Below, piece after piece: positions 47,117 to 57,372 of a stretch of DNA of 64,000 bases; position 1 is the first letter of the stretch; each line of letters opens with the position of its first letter. The DNA comes from a virus, in IMG/VR virus record IMGVR_UViG_3300033156_000439, positions 1 through 64,000 of that record; one strand, 5' to 3'. The notes beneath the pieces were generated by a model that saw only the letters and a list, made by a program, of their open reading frames with translations, did not search any database and was not told the origin of the DNA. Made by a program: the position numbers and the translations under genes.

Positions 47117-49151
47117 ACTCATAAACACTCAGAATGTAAACACTCTACTCGAATTGGTAGAGTCGGAACTCAATTATAGACATGCGAAGAGATTACACAT
47201 TCCAAACAGAGGAATATATCTACCCTCGCCACACGCTAAGCTTATTCACGACGGTCACAAGACAGTAATCCTCAAGAATAGGAAATTTAAGATAGCAGGT
47301 GTCCCATTCCTTTACTGTGACAATAAATATGCTTATGGTGTATTAGAACTCAAAGAACCAAAAGAAATTAAGACAGAAGGACAATTTAAGGCTCTCCAGA
47401 AATATCACAGAGTAACCAAGAAAGAGTTTGAAAATTGGAATTGGACCCTACCTCTTTACGCTTATTACATTAAAGAGGTTCACAATTTTAAGAAGCCTGT
47501 AAGGATTAACCTTCCTCAAGGTGTGCAAAACTTTATTAAGAATCCAGTTCAGTATTTAGAAGACAGTGAGTATCCATTTACTGGCAAGCATGATTTGTCT
47601 CTTTCTCTACAAGTAAACTGTCCCAATTGTGGGAGATGGATATACATTCCACACTCTCCAATTCCTTCTAATTGTCCTTACTGTGGTTATCAATTGAAAG
47701 AGCGAGAAGAAGAAAAATCACGAATGGTTCCTCTTCCAAAAGAAGAATACTCTCGAATAGTTAAGGATTATCCTCTCAAACCCTTACCTAAGAAATATTA
47801 CAAAGACCAGAGGGGAGGAGTAGCTTGGTGCTTTGCTTCTCCTCGAACTAAAGTCCTCACGGAAGGTGGCTGGAAACCTTGGAACAAAATTTATCCAGGT
47901 GAGAGAGTCTTAACACATAAGGGCAGGTTCATGCGAGTCACTCGAAAGGACGTGTTTGAAGGCATTTATGACTGGATTAAGGTTCACCTTCAGTTTGATA
48001 ACATAAAGGTCCTTAAGTACGATATTCGAGTGACTAAGAATCATCCCTTCCTCACGACCGAGGGTTGGAAAGAAACAAAAGACTTAAAGGTTGGTGACAA
48101 GATTGTTTCAAAAACACCCAAGCGTTGCCTCAACTGTCGTGCCCCGATTCCACTTTCATGGAACGCAAAAACAGACTTTATGTTTTGTAGTGATGAATGT
48201 GCACGAAACTATGAGTGGACAGAGGAAAGTTTGCACACTGAGTACATTGACAAACAAATTTATGATAATCCTCTTGCTGATGTTACGGTTACAGTTGTGA
48301 AAATCGAAAGGATTAGAATTCCAAAAGACTCCACTGTATGGACACAAACTCATGCTTGTTCTTTAGAAGTGGAGGAAGATCATTCGTACATGACTCCTTT
48401 GGGATTCTCTCACAACTCACAATGGCATATAAGAGGCATAAAACCAGAGGATAAGGAAGCGTATGATAAGGGTGAAATTTCCTTCGAGAAGATGATTTTG
48501 CATCATAGTCTTCATCAAGACCTGAGATGGAAATTAAACGGTATATCAGTCCTTCCTCAATGTACAATTACTGAAAGTGACATGAAGTCCTATGTGAGAG
48601 GAATGCTTGGACAACTTAACCCAGAACAGAAGGGTCCTGCCAACGTTCAAAAAGTCAAGGTTATTCCCAAAGTCGAGATTGCTAAACCCACAATGCCAAA
48701 GTCCAAAATGAAGGAATTCCTTATAGACGAGGAAGGAGCTAAGCTTATTAATAAGATGATAATTCATGAGACCTCTTACTGGATCAGTCCTGGAGAGGTT
48801 GGGAGTTTGCCATACACTTGGGCTTACATGGGAACTATATGGACGGGGAAGGTGGCAACGGGGGTTGAGAGAGGAGATTTTCACGAACTCTTCTTTTATC
48901 CAGATAAGGATTTACCTGAGCCAAATAAAAAATTCTTTGACGGACGGTTCATACTAAGAGCCTTTAGAGGTGAAGCAGCACGAGGGGGCAAAACATGGTG
49001 GTTGTGGAAATCCACGAAAAATCCTTATCCACAAAATCCTTGGTGTTATTGCGATCAGGGTGAACATGAGGTCCTTCCTCTTGACAAGATAAAACACTGG
49101 GGTCACGAGAACTATCCTGAATGGAAAACAAGAAAGGATGATTGTGAATAA
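47106..49151 (+). CDS. ASCH-like domain + Zn ribbon + intein-interrupted LigD 3'-phosphoesterase-like protein
   Basis: YL..PHA.LI..G.KT (ASCH-like); CPNC/CPYC; after splicing AWSQWH...HQDLRW...WTGKV..G...F.GRFILR, resembling the PE motif QxH...HxDxR. Confidence 0.65.
   Translation: MKSELINTQNVNTLLELVESELNYRHAKRLHIPNRGIYLPSPHAKLIHDGHKTVILKNRKFKIAGVPFLYCDNKYAYGVLELKEPKEIKTEGQFKALQKYHRVTKKEFENWNWTLPLYAYYIKEVHNFKKPVRINLPQGVQNFIKNPVQYLEDSEYPFTGKHDLSLSLQVNCPNCGRWIYIPHSPIPSNCPYCGYQLKEREEEKSRMVPLPKEEYSRIVKDYPLKPLPKKYYKDQRGGVAWCFASPRTKVLTEGGWKPWNKIYPGERVLTHKGRFMRVTRKDVFEGIYDWIKVHLQFDNIKVLKYDIRVTKNHPFLTTEGWKETKDLKVGDKIVSKTPKRCLNCRAPIPLSWNAKTDFMFCSDECARNYEWTEESLHTEYIDKQIYDNPLADVTVTVVKIERIRIPKDSTVWTQTHACSLEVEEDHSYMTPLGFSHNSQWHIRGIKPEDKEAYDKGEISFEKMILHHSLHQDLRWKLNGISVLPQCTITESDMKSYVRGMLGQLNPEQKGPANVQKVKVIPKVEIAKPTMPKSKMKEFLIDEEGAKLINKMIIHETSYWISPGEVGSLPYTWAYMGTIWTGKVATGVERGDFHELFFYPDKDLPEPNKKFFDGRFILRAFRGEAARGGKTWWLWKSTKNPYPQNPWCYCDQGEHEVLPLDKIKHWGHENYPEWKTRKDDCE
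47829..48416 (+). mobile_element. Mini-intein (196 aa)
   Basis: Starts CFASPRTKVLT, block B VTKNHPFL, ends LEVEEDHSY...SHN followed by Ser; no LAGLIDADG domain. Confidence 0.9.
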
Positions 49152-49182
49152 TTTTAGAATTTGACTTTTCTGTTTCGTAGAT

Positions 49183-52100
49183 ATGGGTTGGCTTTCTGGT
49201 TATGCTTATCGGAAAAAAGTAACCATTTCCGGTTCGAGTGGGGCGGGAGAGAATTACCAAGTTAAGTTATCGATTGGTAGCTCATCTGGTGGGGACTTCC
49301 ACTTAGAAGGACATTGTGAAGACTTTCCTAACGATATTCGATTTACAGATGATGATGGTACTACTCTTTTGGACTACTGGATTGAAGATTCATCGCAGGA
49401 TCCAATTACTGTTTGGATAAAAGTTAAAGATAGTTTAGATAACAATGTGGATATTTACATATATTACGGTAATCCTTCGGCGACCTCAGGAAGCGATGGC
49501 GATGCAACTTTTGAGTTTTTTGATGATTTTGAAGGAACGAGTTTGGATTCAGACAAATGGACCACGAGACAAGGTTCAATAGGGGTTGACGGTAATGGTA
49601 ATTTGCTTTTAGAAGGGACTTCAGGTACAAGAGGAATCATTGATGGTAATACTTCATTTAGTATTGGTAGCGCTCTTCGTGTGAAAGCGAAATGTTCTCA
49701 AACGGATGCTCGTTTTAATCATTTTTGTAGCATGAGAAAAAGTGGCGACTGGAATTACAGGGGAGCAGATACTTACGTGGGCAGCTCGAACGAGGACATT
49801 TATTTTCTAACAGCAAATGAAGGCAATACTTCCTCAACCAATTGGACGCCTAATACTCCAACAGATTGGCACATTTATGAGTCCACTTGGAGGAGTGGAG
49901 AATCAAAGGTCTTTCAGGATGATAATCTTAAAGCAACTCTCACCTCAAACATTCCAACCGTAGATCAAGTAGTAGTTTTTTATGAAGGGAACGTTGTAAA
50001 TGGTAATATTCATGTTGACTGGGTTTTCGTCCGCAAATACGTCTCCCCAGAACCCTCATTTAGTAGTGTAGGAAGTGAGGAGAAGGGATATTTTACTTGT
50101 TCTGATATGGTCTCTCTGTTAGATGAGAGTTTTGGTGGTGGACCAATAACACGAAGCTGCACTGATATTCTCGATTCTATCTCTTCTTCATCTTGTTTCA
50201 AATTTGCCACATGGCTTCCAGGTTTCGCTTATAGGAAGCGATTAACGATTTCAGGTTCAAGTGGCGCTGGTGAAGGCTATCAAATTAAATTAAAGATTGG
50301 TTCCTCATCAGGTGGAGATTTTCACCTGAATGGTCATTGTGATAATTTCCCTAATGATATTCGTTTCACGAAAGATGATGGTCTTTCCCCTTTAAGCTAC
50401 TGGATTGAGGATCCAACTCAAGATCCAATTACTGTTTGGGTAAAAATCGAAGACGATTTGAGTAACGACGTGGACGTGTACTGCTATTACGGAAGTTCAC
50501 TCGCAGATTCTTTGAGTAATGGCGATGCAACTTTTGAGTTTTTTGATGATTTCAGTGAGACAAGTGTTGTGAATTATTTTGCTTCCAATGGTATGTACCG
50601 TCCCTTTATGTCAGCCTCAGCAACTTATCATAACGGTAAAACTTTTATAGTTTGGCAGGGTACAAATGGAGATCCTTATGCGATAGAGTATAATCATACA
50701 TCTCATACCTTTAGTTCACAATACAAAGTGGGAGATAGTCCTTTAGTGAACGATGGACACGGGGGTCCCGCTTTACTCCGTGACGGTTCTGGCTATTTGC
50801 ACGTTTTTTATGGTAGTAGAGGAGGTGGCTGTTCCGGAGAGAATTGTTATGTTCAATATGCTAAATCAACAAATCCGGATGACATTACTTCATGGGTAGA
50901 CAAAGGGCATATCGGTCCTTCACGATGCACTTATCCGAGACCGGTACTTGTTGGTTCTGATATTTATCTCTTTCTGTTCAATAATAGATACGATAAATGT
51001 GTAATGCTTTACATTAAGTCCAGTGATGGTGGCGAAACTTGGAGTTCATCGAAAGATATAATAGATTTTGGGGAGTCTTATAGTATATACTACCGAAATG
51101 TAGAGTTGGAAGGAGATTCAAAAATTCATATAGTTTGGCGCATTTACGATCATAATGCTGGAAAACGTTTACATGTGTATCATGCTTATTTGAATTTATC
51201 TGATTTGCACATGTATAGTATGGATGGTACTGATTTGGGAGAAGTAATAAATAAGAGTGAAGCTGATGAACATTGTAAAGTTTTTGATTCTGGAGATAAT
51301 CAAACTCAAATGATGAAAGTTCATTTGGACAGTGATGGTACTCCTTATATTATTTTTAGTCATGATGATAATGGGTGGAAATTTAAATTTACGAAATGGA
51401 ATGGTTCCTCATGGGACTCTCCCATTACAATAACAACCACTGACTACTTTATGAATAATCTCGATTTTATTGTACATTCTTCATCAAACATCGAACTTTA
51501 TTTAACAGCAAGTGGTTCTTCTTCTGGTTTGGGTGGAGATATAGAAAAATGGTCTTGGGATGGTTCATCTTGGACCAAGATTGAAACAATACTCAGCGAA
51601 GATGATACAGACTTCCCTCCTAATGATCCTTATATTGTTCAAAATTTTAATCCAGAACTGAAAGTTGTATTTTCAGAAAACAAATATGACTATTCTACTC
51701 CGTTAAAAGTATTCGCGTATGGTGACAGTGGATTTGTACAGAGTGTTGAATATAACATCGACTGGGATGGTAAATGGCAGTCGGAAAAGCAGTCATACTA
51801 TGACATCATCGAGGAAAATTCTAATCCTGTTTTGAGATTAAAAAGCGTAGGAAGCGGATGGAGTGATGCAATTTATAGCAAAAGTAGTTTTTCTGATCTT
51901 AAGGGATTTAGGTACAAAGTTAAATTTACAACAACCGATCCCTGTCTCTATACAGGTTTGGCTAAAGATGTTCCTCTGAGCGAGTGGATATTTCTTTTTG
52001 ACTGTGATAACGGATTAAGGTACCTATCAACATCTGGCTCTTCTACTACTATTTGGAATTCTGTTGTTGCGAATAAATGGTATGAAGTAATAGCAATAAA

Positions 52101-53640
52101 GAAAGACACAAACACATGGCATTTCGAGTTATACGAAGATGGTGTTGAAAAGGTAAATGAGGATAGAACGAATGTTACAAGTGAGAGTAGCAAGTATCTT
52201 ACGCTTTTTAGGTATGATAACGCTGATGTTGCCTATGCTGATGAGTTCTATGTTCGGAAATACGCCGACCCAGAGCCTTCATTTAATAGTACCCAGGCCG
52301 AGGAAGGACCTGTATTCACTTGTGGAGATACGCTTGCAAATTTGAGTAGAAATTGGTGGGCTGTACATGGAAGTTCTTTCGACATTTTTTCAAGTTCATC
52401 TCTTTCTTCAGCCCGAATAGAGTTTGGTCCAGTATGCTTGGATATTTTAAACGCCTTAGATTCTCCTAATTCCCTTCTTTCGATGATTTCTCGTTCTCAG
52501 GACTCATTGGGATTGATAGATTCGAGTGCTTCTTTAATTATTCTTTTGCTCAATGCAGTTGATTCGATAGATACCAGCGATGGATGTACTCTTTCATTCT
52601 CACTCACATCATCTTGTTTGGATGTGTTACATGCTATTGATAGTGCATCATATCCCCTTGCAAATGTGGTTAGTTGTTTAGATAGTTTAGGAACTCAAGA
52701 CTCCATTTCGTCATTCCTCTCAATGTTATGCCAAAGTAAGGATAATATTGGAGGAGCGGATGGTGAAACGTCTCAACTTTCAGTCGAGCGAGCATTACTC
52801 GATATTCTTGCTTTTCAAGACACGTCCGCCTATCTTGCAGGTATTATTGCCTCCGCTTCTGACATCCTTAACACACAAGGTTTAAATAGTGTTCGTTTAA
52901 TATTTTCTTGTTCAAGTATAGACGTTGTTAAGAATGTAGATGGTGGAGGAGTTAATGTTACATTCCACCTGAGTGGAGACGACATACTCAAAGGAGCAGA
53001 TTATGTCTCCGGTAACCTTCAAGTCCTTCTTGATTCCTTGGCAGTCTTTAAGAACACAGATCAAAGTGCCTCGTCGCTCTTAGGTTTCATTCTAAGATCA
53101 GCCTCTGATGTGCTTGATATGTATGATTTGAATACAACTACACTTCAGATATCCTCTTCCTCGATAGACATCTTTAGGACAGAAGATAATTCTTCCATCA
53201 ACATCACGTTTCACTTAAATAGTGCAGACGTCTTTAAGAATTCCGATTCAACAATTCTCCATTTACAAGCTCTACTTAGTGCATTGGAGACTCTCAAGGC
53301 TAATGACAGTAGCACAGCGTCCGTGTTTGCTGAGATACTAGCTTCAGCGTCCGATTTGCTTGCTACGTCTGATTACAATACAGTTCGTTTAGAGTTCCTC
53401 GGATCTACGATTGATATAGCCGAGTCGATAGATAGCGTTGCTTCTAATATTACACTACATTTGAATAGCTCGGACCTTTTTGGTGGAACGGACAAAGTCA
53501 CAGCTAAGCTTGAAGCTCTTCTCAGTGCTATATCAAAATTCAAAAGTTCAGATGAGTCTCAAACCCATGAGGTTGTATATGGTGTTCCTATAAAAATATT
53601 TAAAGCTCAACATAAAGTCTTGGTGTTTAGAGCAGAATAA
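49183..53640 (+). CDS. Large virion adhesin / tail-fibre-like protein: 2x DUF2341-lectin units, BNR-type propeller, C-terminal repeats
   Basis: Duplicated W..G.AYRK...DIRFT.DDG...YW...YYG...FFDDF; Asp-box S.DGGETW; Ser/Asp repeat stalk. Confidence 0.82.
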   Translation: MGWLSGYAYRKKVTISGSSGAGENYQVKLSIGSSSGGDFHLEGHCEDFPNDIRFTDDDGTTLLDYWIEDSSQDPITVWIKVKDSLDNNVDIYIYYGNPSATSGSDGDATFEFFDDFEGTSLDSDKWTTRQGSIGVDGNGNLLLEGTSGTRGIIDGNTSFSIGSALRVKAKCSQTDARFNHFCSMRKSGDWNYRGADTYVGSSNEDIYFLTANEGNTSSTNWTPNTPTDWHIYESTWRSGESKVFQDDNLKATLTSNIPTVDQVVVFYEGNVVNGNIHVDWVFVRKYVSPEPSFSSVGSEEKGYFTCSDMVSLLDESFGGGPITRSCTDILDSISSSSCFKFATWLPGFAYRKRLTISGSSGAGEGYQIKLKIGSSSGGDFHLNGHCDNFPNDIRFTKDDGLSPLSYWIEDPTQDPITVWVKIEDDLSNDVDVYCYYGSSLADSLSNGDATFEFFDDFSETSVVNYFASNGMYRPFMSASATYHNGKTFIVWQGTNGDPYAIEYNHTSHTFSSQYKVGDSPLVNDGHGGPALLRDGSGYLHVFYGSRGGGCSGENCYVQYAKSTNPDDITSWVDKGHIGPSRCTYPRPVLVGSDIYLFLFNNRYDKCVMLYIKSSDGGETWSSSKDIIDFGESYSIYYRNVELEGDSKIHIVWRIYDHNAGKRLHVYHAYLNLSDLHMYSMDGTDLGEVINKSEADEHCKVFDSGDNQTQMMKVHLDSDGTPYIIFSHDDNGWKFKFTKWNGSSWDSPITITTTDYFMNNLDFIVHSSSNIELYLTASGSSSGLGGDIEKWSWDGSSWTKIETILSEDDTDFPPNDPYIVQNFNPELKVVFSENKYDYSTPLKVFAYGDSGFVQSVEYNIDWDGKWQSEKQSYYDIIEENSNPVLRLKSVGSGWSDAIYSKSSFSDLKGFRYKVKFTTTDPCLYTGLAKDVPLSEWIFLFDCDNGLRYLSTSGSSTTIWNSVVANKWYEVIAIKKDTNTWHFELYEDGVEKVNEDRTNVTSESSKYLTLFRYDNADVAYADEFYVRKYADPEPSFNSTQAEEGPVFTCGDTLANLSRNWWAVHGSSFDIFSSSSLSSARIEFGPVCLDILNALDSPNSLLSMISRSQDSLGLIDSSASLIILLLNAVDSIDTSDGCTLSFSLTSSCLDVLHAIDSASYPLANVVSCLDSLGTQDSISSFLSMLCQSKDNIGGADGETSQLSVERALLDILAFQDTSAYLAGIIASASDILNTQGLNSVRLIFSCSSIDVVKNVDGGGVNVTFHLSGDDILKGADYVSGNLQVLLDSLAVFKNTDQSASSLLGFILRSASDVLDMYDLNTTTLQISSSSIDIFRTEDNSSINITFHLNSADVFKNSDSTILHLQALLSALETLKANDSSTASVFAEILASASDLLATSDYNTVRLEFLGSTIDIAESIDSVASNITLHLNSSDLFGGTDKVTAKLEALLSAISKFKSSDESQTHEVVYGVPIKIFKAQHKVLVFRAE

Positions 53641-53669
53641 TTCTAATCTCAAAGATAGGGTGAAAAAAT

Positions 53670-54179
53670 ATGAGTGGGAAGATAGGTATTGGTGGTGTAT
53701 TCGAGATTGAATGCTATGACAAGGATGGTGAGTTGAAGTGGAAAGATGATGCTCACAACATGTGGGTTCAGGAAGGCAGAGACTACATACTGAATGTGAT
53801 ATTCAAGAATGGTACTCGAAATGATCCTCTTTACGTTGGTCTCTTTGAGCAGGATACTCCTTCGGATAACTGGACAATGTCTAACAATGGAACAACATGG
53901 CATGAGAATGAGAGCTATTCTGAGTCAACCCGACAGGAGTTTGTAGATGGTAGCATAAGTGGTACCACGACTCGACAGCTCGATAACGATGCCAGCAAAG
54001 CTACGTTTAGCATAACCGCAAGTGCAACTCTTAAGGGCGCATTCTTGACAACAGATAACACGAAGGGTGGAACGTCTGGTACGTTACTATGTGCAGCTAC
54101 TTTCGATGAGGGTGACAGAAACGTAACAAACGGTGACACGGTGCAGGTTAAGTATACGGTTGGTTGTCAGGACGCTTAA
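53670..54179 (+). CDS. Virion structural protein (tail/fibre-associated)
   Basis: FEIECYDKDG.LKW...N....G.D..L...R.V..GDT.QV.Y pattern typical of phage structural proteins. Confidence 0.65.
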   Translation: MSGKIGIGGVFEIECYDKDGELKWKDDAHNMWVQEGRDYILNVIFKNGTRNDPLYVGLFEQDTPSDNWTMSNNGTTWHENESYSESTRQEFVDGSISGTTTRQLDNDASKATFSITASATLKGAFLTTDNTKGGTSGTLLCAATFDEGDRNVTNGDTVQVKYTVGCQDA

Positions 54180-54184
54180 GCGAG

Positions 54185-54496
54185 ATGGTCTTAATACCAG
54201 ATCGCTGTTATAAACAACCGAGCGAGAAAGAGTACCTTCAGATAGATTTCTCTTCTCGACTTGGAGACAATGAAAGAATTTCAGCCATTAATGAATGTAA
54301 GTGTTATGACGAGGAGGGCAACGATGTGACAAGCGATATAATAGAAGATCCTGTTAAAGATGAAACGTCAGTGAAGTTTTGGTTTAAAGGAGGAGAATCT
54401 GGTAAACGTTACAATTTAACAGTAAAGATCCAAACGACAGAAGCCGCAACACTCGAGGAAGATTTAATATTAATAGTAGAGGAGGTAGGGTACTAA
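54185..54496 (+). CDS. Putative fibre-tail adaptor protein
   Basis: KQPSE....IDFS...W.KGG.SG.RY.L.V.I.T pattern. Confidence 0.6.
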   Translation: MVLIPDRCYKQPSEKEYLQIDFSSRLGDNERISAINECKCYDEEGNDVTSDIIEDPVKDETSVKFWFKGGESGKRYNLTVKIQTTEAATLEEDLILIVEEVGY

Positions 54497-54497
54497 A

Positions 54498-54722
54498 ATG
54501 AGCATAAAGATTGGAGAGTTTCTATCAACCTATACAGAAATTCACTCATTTGTCATGGGAATATACGCAGGACTTACAGAATGGCGTGGTATAGATTCAA
54601 ATGTCCTAAATAATCCCGACGTTAAGGAAGAACCCCATTACTGCTACGGTGGTTACGTCTTAGGCACTTTACTTAGATGGGCTATAATTCTTACCGTGGG
54701 CTATAAGTTCTTCTTAGGCTGA
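54498..54722 (+). CDS. Small membrane protein (holin-like candidate)
   Basis: Hydrophobic segments; located in the late operon. Confidence 0.5.
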   Translation: MSIKIGEFLSTYTEIHSFVMGIYAGLTEWRGIDSNVLNNPDVKEEPHYCYGGYVLGTLLRWAIILTVGYKFFLG

Positions 54723-54756
54723 TATTTCTATTGTTCCTTCTTTTAGGTGGTGCAAT

Positions 54757-55539
54757 ATGCAATTTTCAATAATAGTTGCGACAAACCGTGGACCTGAACT
54801 CTTAAAATATTTATTTGTCTCTACACACCCTGAGAGTGAGCTCATAGTAGTTGACTCTTACTATAATGAAAAAACAAAAGACTTCCTCTCTCGCCAAGAG
54901 GGATATAGACAGATAGTCTACGCTCCACCTGAACACTCGCCCTTTAGGTGGCATAGGGACTTTTCTCAGTCTCTTAATACAGCACTATGTCTCGCTGAGC
55001 ATGAATATATTGTACGTGCAGACGACTACATAGAATTCAAGGAGGACTTCTTTGACGTTGCTGAGATGGACATCAAGAGTTACCCAGAGAAGACTCTTAT
55101 AATAGGTCAAAAAGCGCAGGAGTATAACAAGGAAGAGAAGTTCATTGACTACATGTCACAAAAAGGAATAGGCGGAGATTTCAGATATGTGAACATTGAG
55201 AATCCAGCATTCACATTCTCTTTTGGAGTAGCGCCTCTTCAGTTATATCTCGACCTTAATGGTTATGATGAGAGGTACGATTCTGGTTGGGGTTTTGAAG
55301 ACAGAGACTTTCTTCATAGAGCACTAAAAGCTGGCTACGTTGCGATGCTCGATAAGCTACTTATGGGATATGGTCATGCTCATAAGCCAGCTTGGGAGAC
55401 AATTTCAATGCCTCATATAATTTATGAGGTAACAAAGACAGAAATAGAGAGTGGCAAAGTTTGGGCTTATAATCCTTATAAACTCAAGGATAGACGGGAG
55501 CAGAAACTGCAGGAGAAAGAGAAATGGATAGTAAGATAA
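54757..55539 (+). CDS. GT2 family glycosyltransferase
   Basis: FSIIVAT.R, ADD, NGYDERY..GWGFED.DF..R. Confidence 0.88.
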   Translation: MQFSIIVATNRGPELLKYLFVSTHPESELIVVDSYYNEKTKDFLSRQEGYRQIVYAPPEHSPFRWHRDFSQSLNTALCLAEHEYIVRADDYIEFKEDFFDVAEMDIKSYPEKTLIIGQKAQEYNKEEKFIDYMSQKGIGGDFRYVNIENPAFTFSFGVAPLQLYLDLNGYDERYDSGWGFEDRDFLHRALKAGYVAMLDKLLMGYGHAHKPAWETISMPHIIYEVTKTEIESGKVWAYNPYKLKDRREQKLQEKEKWIVR

Positions 55540-56462
55540 GCATGATTCAGATACAGACCACGAGTATTTGTTCCGGGAGGTGTATCATTTGTCCTTACAA
55601 AGACAGTTGGCTACGAAAGGCTCATGACTATATGAGTGATGAAGATTACGTTCACGTCTTAGAAGAGATTAAGTCCTATCTTGGTGATTACAAAGAAAAG
55701 CTTCCACTTTACTTGATGAATGATCCGTTTGCAGACAAGAAAATAATTGAGCGAATGGAGTTAGCTTATCAATATTTCCCTAAATGCAAATTAGAGTTGT
55801 CCACCAATGGTTTGCTTCTTACTGAGAAATTGTCAAAGCGAATAGTAGAAACTGTAATTCACTATAATGGCGGGGGTACATTTGAACTCTGGATTTCTTT
55901 TCACGGAGCAAGTAAGCAAACATGGGAGTTCCTTAATAATTTATCGGGTAAATTTGAAAGAGTCCTCAAGAACATCGTTACGTATCTCAAGATAAACAAT
56001 GGTCAGCTTAGAACAGTTATTAACTCAGCGGGAGGAGCGTCTCGTGATGGTTCTATGTTCTTTTATTCACAAAGTGCTTGGAAGCAATTCTTAAACTCTA
56101 TATTTCAAACTTATAACCTTCCATTGGAGAACGTTCATTTTCGATACTATACCTTTCATAACAGAGCTGGAAATGTGAGACTGTGTAATTGGGATGGAAC
56201 AGAGTATTATCGAGAAATAGGTCCCGAGTATCCTTTTGAGTGTTGGCGTTTTAGAAGTGGTATTCACATTCTTTACAATTTAGACGTGATAGCTTGCTGC
56301 ATGGATTGGAACAGAGAGGCAGTTTTTGGAAATCTCAAAACCCAAACTCTAAAGGAAATATGGGAGGGTGAAAAACGACGCATTTTTGTCGATATGGCGT
56401 CGGGTAGAAAACCTTCTCCTAAAGACTTTATATGCAAACGTTGTATGTCACCGGGTGGGTGA
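55524..56462 (+). CDS. Radical SAM/SPASM domain protein
   Basis: CSGRCIIC, STNG, NRAGN, CCMDW, GNL...TL.EIW, C..C. Confidence 0.9.
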   Translation: MDSKISMIQIQTTSICSGRCIICPYKDSWLRKAHDYMSDEDYVHVLEEIKSYLGDYKEKLPLYLMNDPFADKKIIERMELAYQYFPKCKLELSTNGLLLTEKLSKRIVETVIHYNGGGTFELWISFHGASKQTWEFLNNLSGKFERVLKNIVTYLKINNGQLRTVINSAGGASRDGSMFFYSQSAWKQFLNSIFQTYNLPLENVHFRYYTFHNRAGNVRLCNWDGTEYYREIGPEYPFECWRFRSGIHILYNLDVIACCMDWNREAVFGNLKTQTLKEIWEGEKRRIFVDMASGRKPSPKDFICKRCMSPGG

Positions 56463-56467
56463 GTAGT

Positions 56468-57370
56468 ATGGATAACGTAACAGCGATTGTGAAAACCTTT
56501 ATGCGTCCTGAAAAATTCGAGTTTTGTTTGAAAAGCTTAGTGTCTGCTGGACTTAAGAAAATCATAGTTTCTTTTGATGGTCCTGAAGATTATCTCGAAA
56601 GACACAGAAGGGTAGTGGGTAAATATCAGAGAAATGTAACCATTCGTTTCTTAGAGCTTCCTTTCAATGTTGGACTCGCAGCCGCAAGAAATAGAATGAT
56701 AGAAAGAGTAAACACTGATTACATTCTTATGATTGATGATGATAATTACGTTCCGCTTCAAGTCTTAGAGATGGTACATGGATTATCACAACTTCCTGAA
56801 GATGTAGGGGGAGTAGCTATGGGATGGCTGCCAGCTTTTAATCCTCTTCCACAGATGGATGCTTGGGACTTCGAGATAGTAAACAGGATACTCTTTAAGA
56901 CATGGCGAAGTGATAAGCAACGTGCAATTATTAATGGCAACGCTTATATGTTTCCTTTTGATTTTATTCCTAATCAAGTTCTCTTCAGACGAAAGCTCTT
57001 TAATGATGTGCAGTGGGATGAACATTATATCATAAGCAGGGAACATGAGGACTTTTATCTGACATGCAAGAAAGAAACAGATTGGAAATTTGGGATATGC
57101 ACATCTATTTACTCCGTACATGACCCAGGTGGAAGCAAAGAGTATATTCGAGAGTATCGTGCTGGAGTGGAGTGTGATAAGTCTGCCGAATATTTCCTCA
57201 AGAAGTGGAACCTGAAAGGTATAGCTCCCCAAAGATATAGTGATGATTATACGTCTTTGTTTTATGATGCTCCTTGGCAAGTAAGACGAAACCTCGATAA
57301 GAATAGATATATAAGATGGAAGTTGGAGACGAATCAGGCTTTACCTGATGACGTCTTCCAAACCCGTTAA
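56468..57370 (+). CDS. GT2 family glycosyltransferase
   Basis: VKTF.RP, GLAAARN, IDDD, EHEDFY. Confidence 0.88.
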   Translation: MDNVTAIVKTFMRPEKFEFCLKSLVSAGLKKIIVSFDGPEDYLERHRRVVGKYQRNVTIRFLELPFNVGLAAARNRMIERVNTDYILMIDDDNYVPLQVLEMVHGLSQLPEDVGGVAMGWLPAFNPLPQMDAWDFEIVNRILFKTWRSDKQRAIINGNAYMFPFDFIPNQVLFRRKLFNDVQWDEHYIISREHEDFYLTCKKETDWKFGICTSIYSVHDPGGSKEYIREYRAGVECDKSAEYFLKKWNLKGIAPQRYSDDYTSLFYDAPWQVRRNLDKNRYIRWKLETNQALPDDVFQTR

Positions 57371-57372
57371 GT

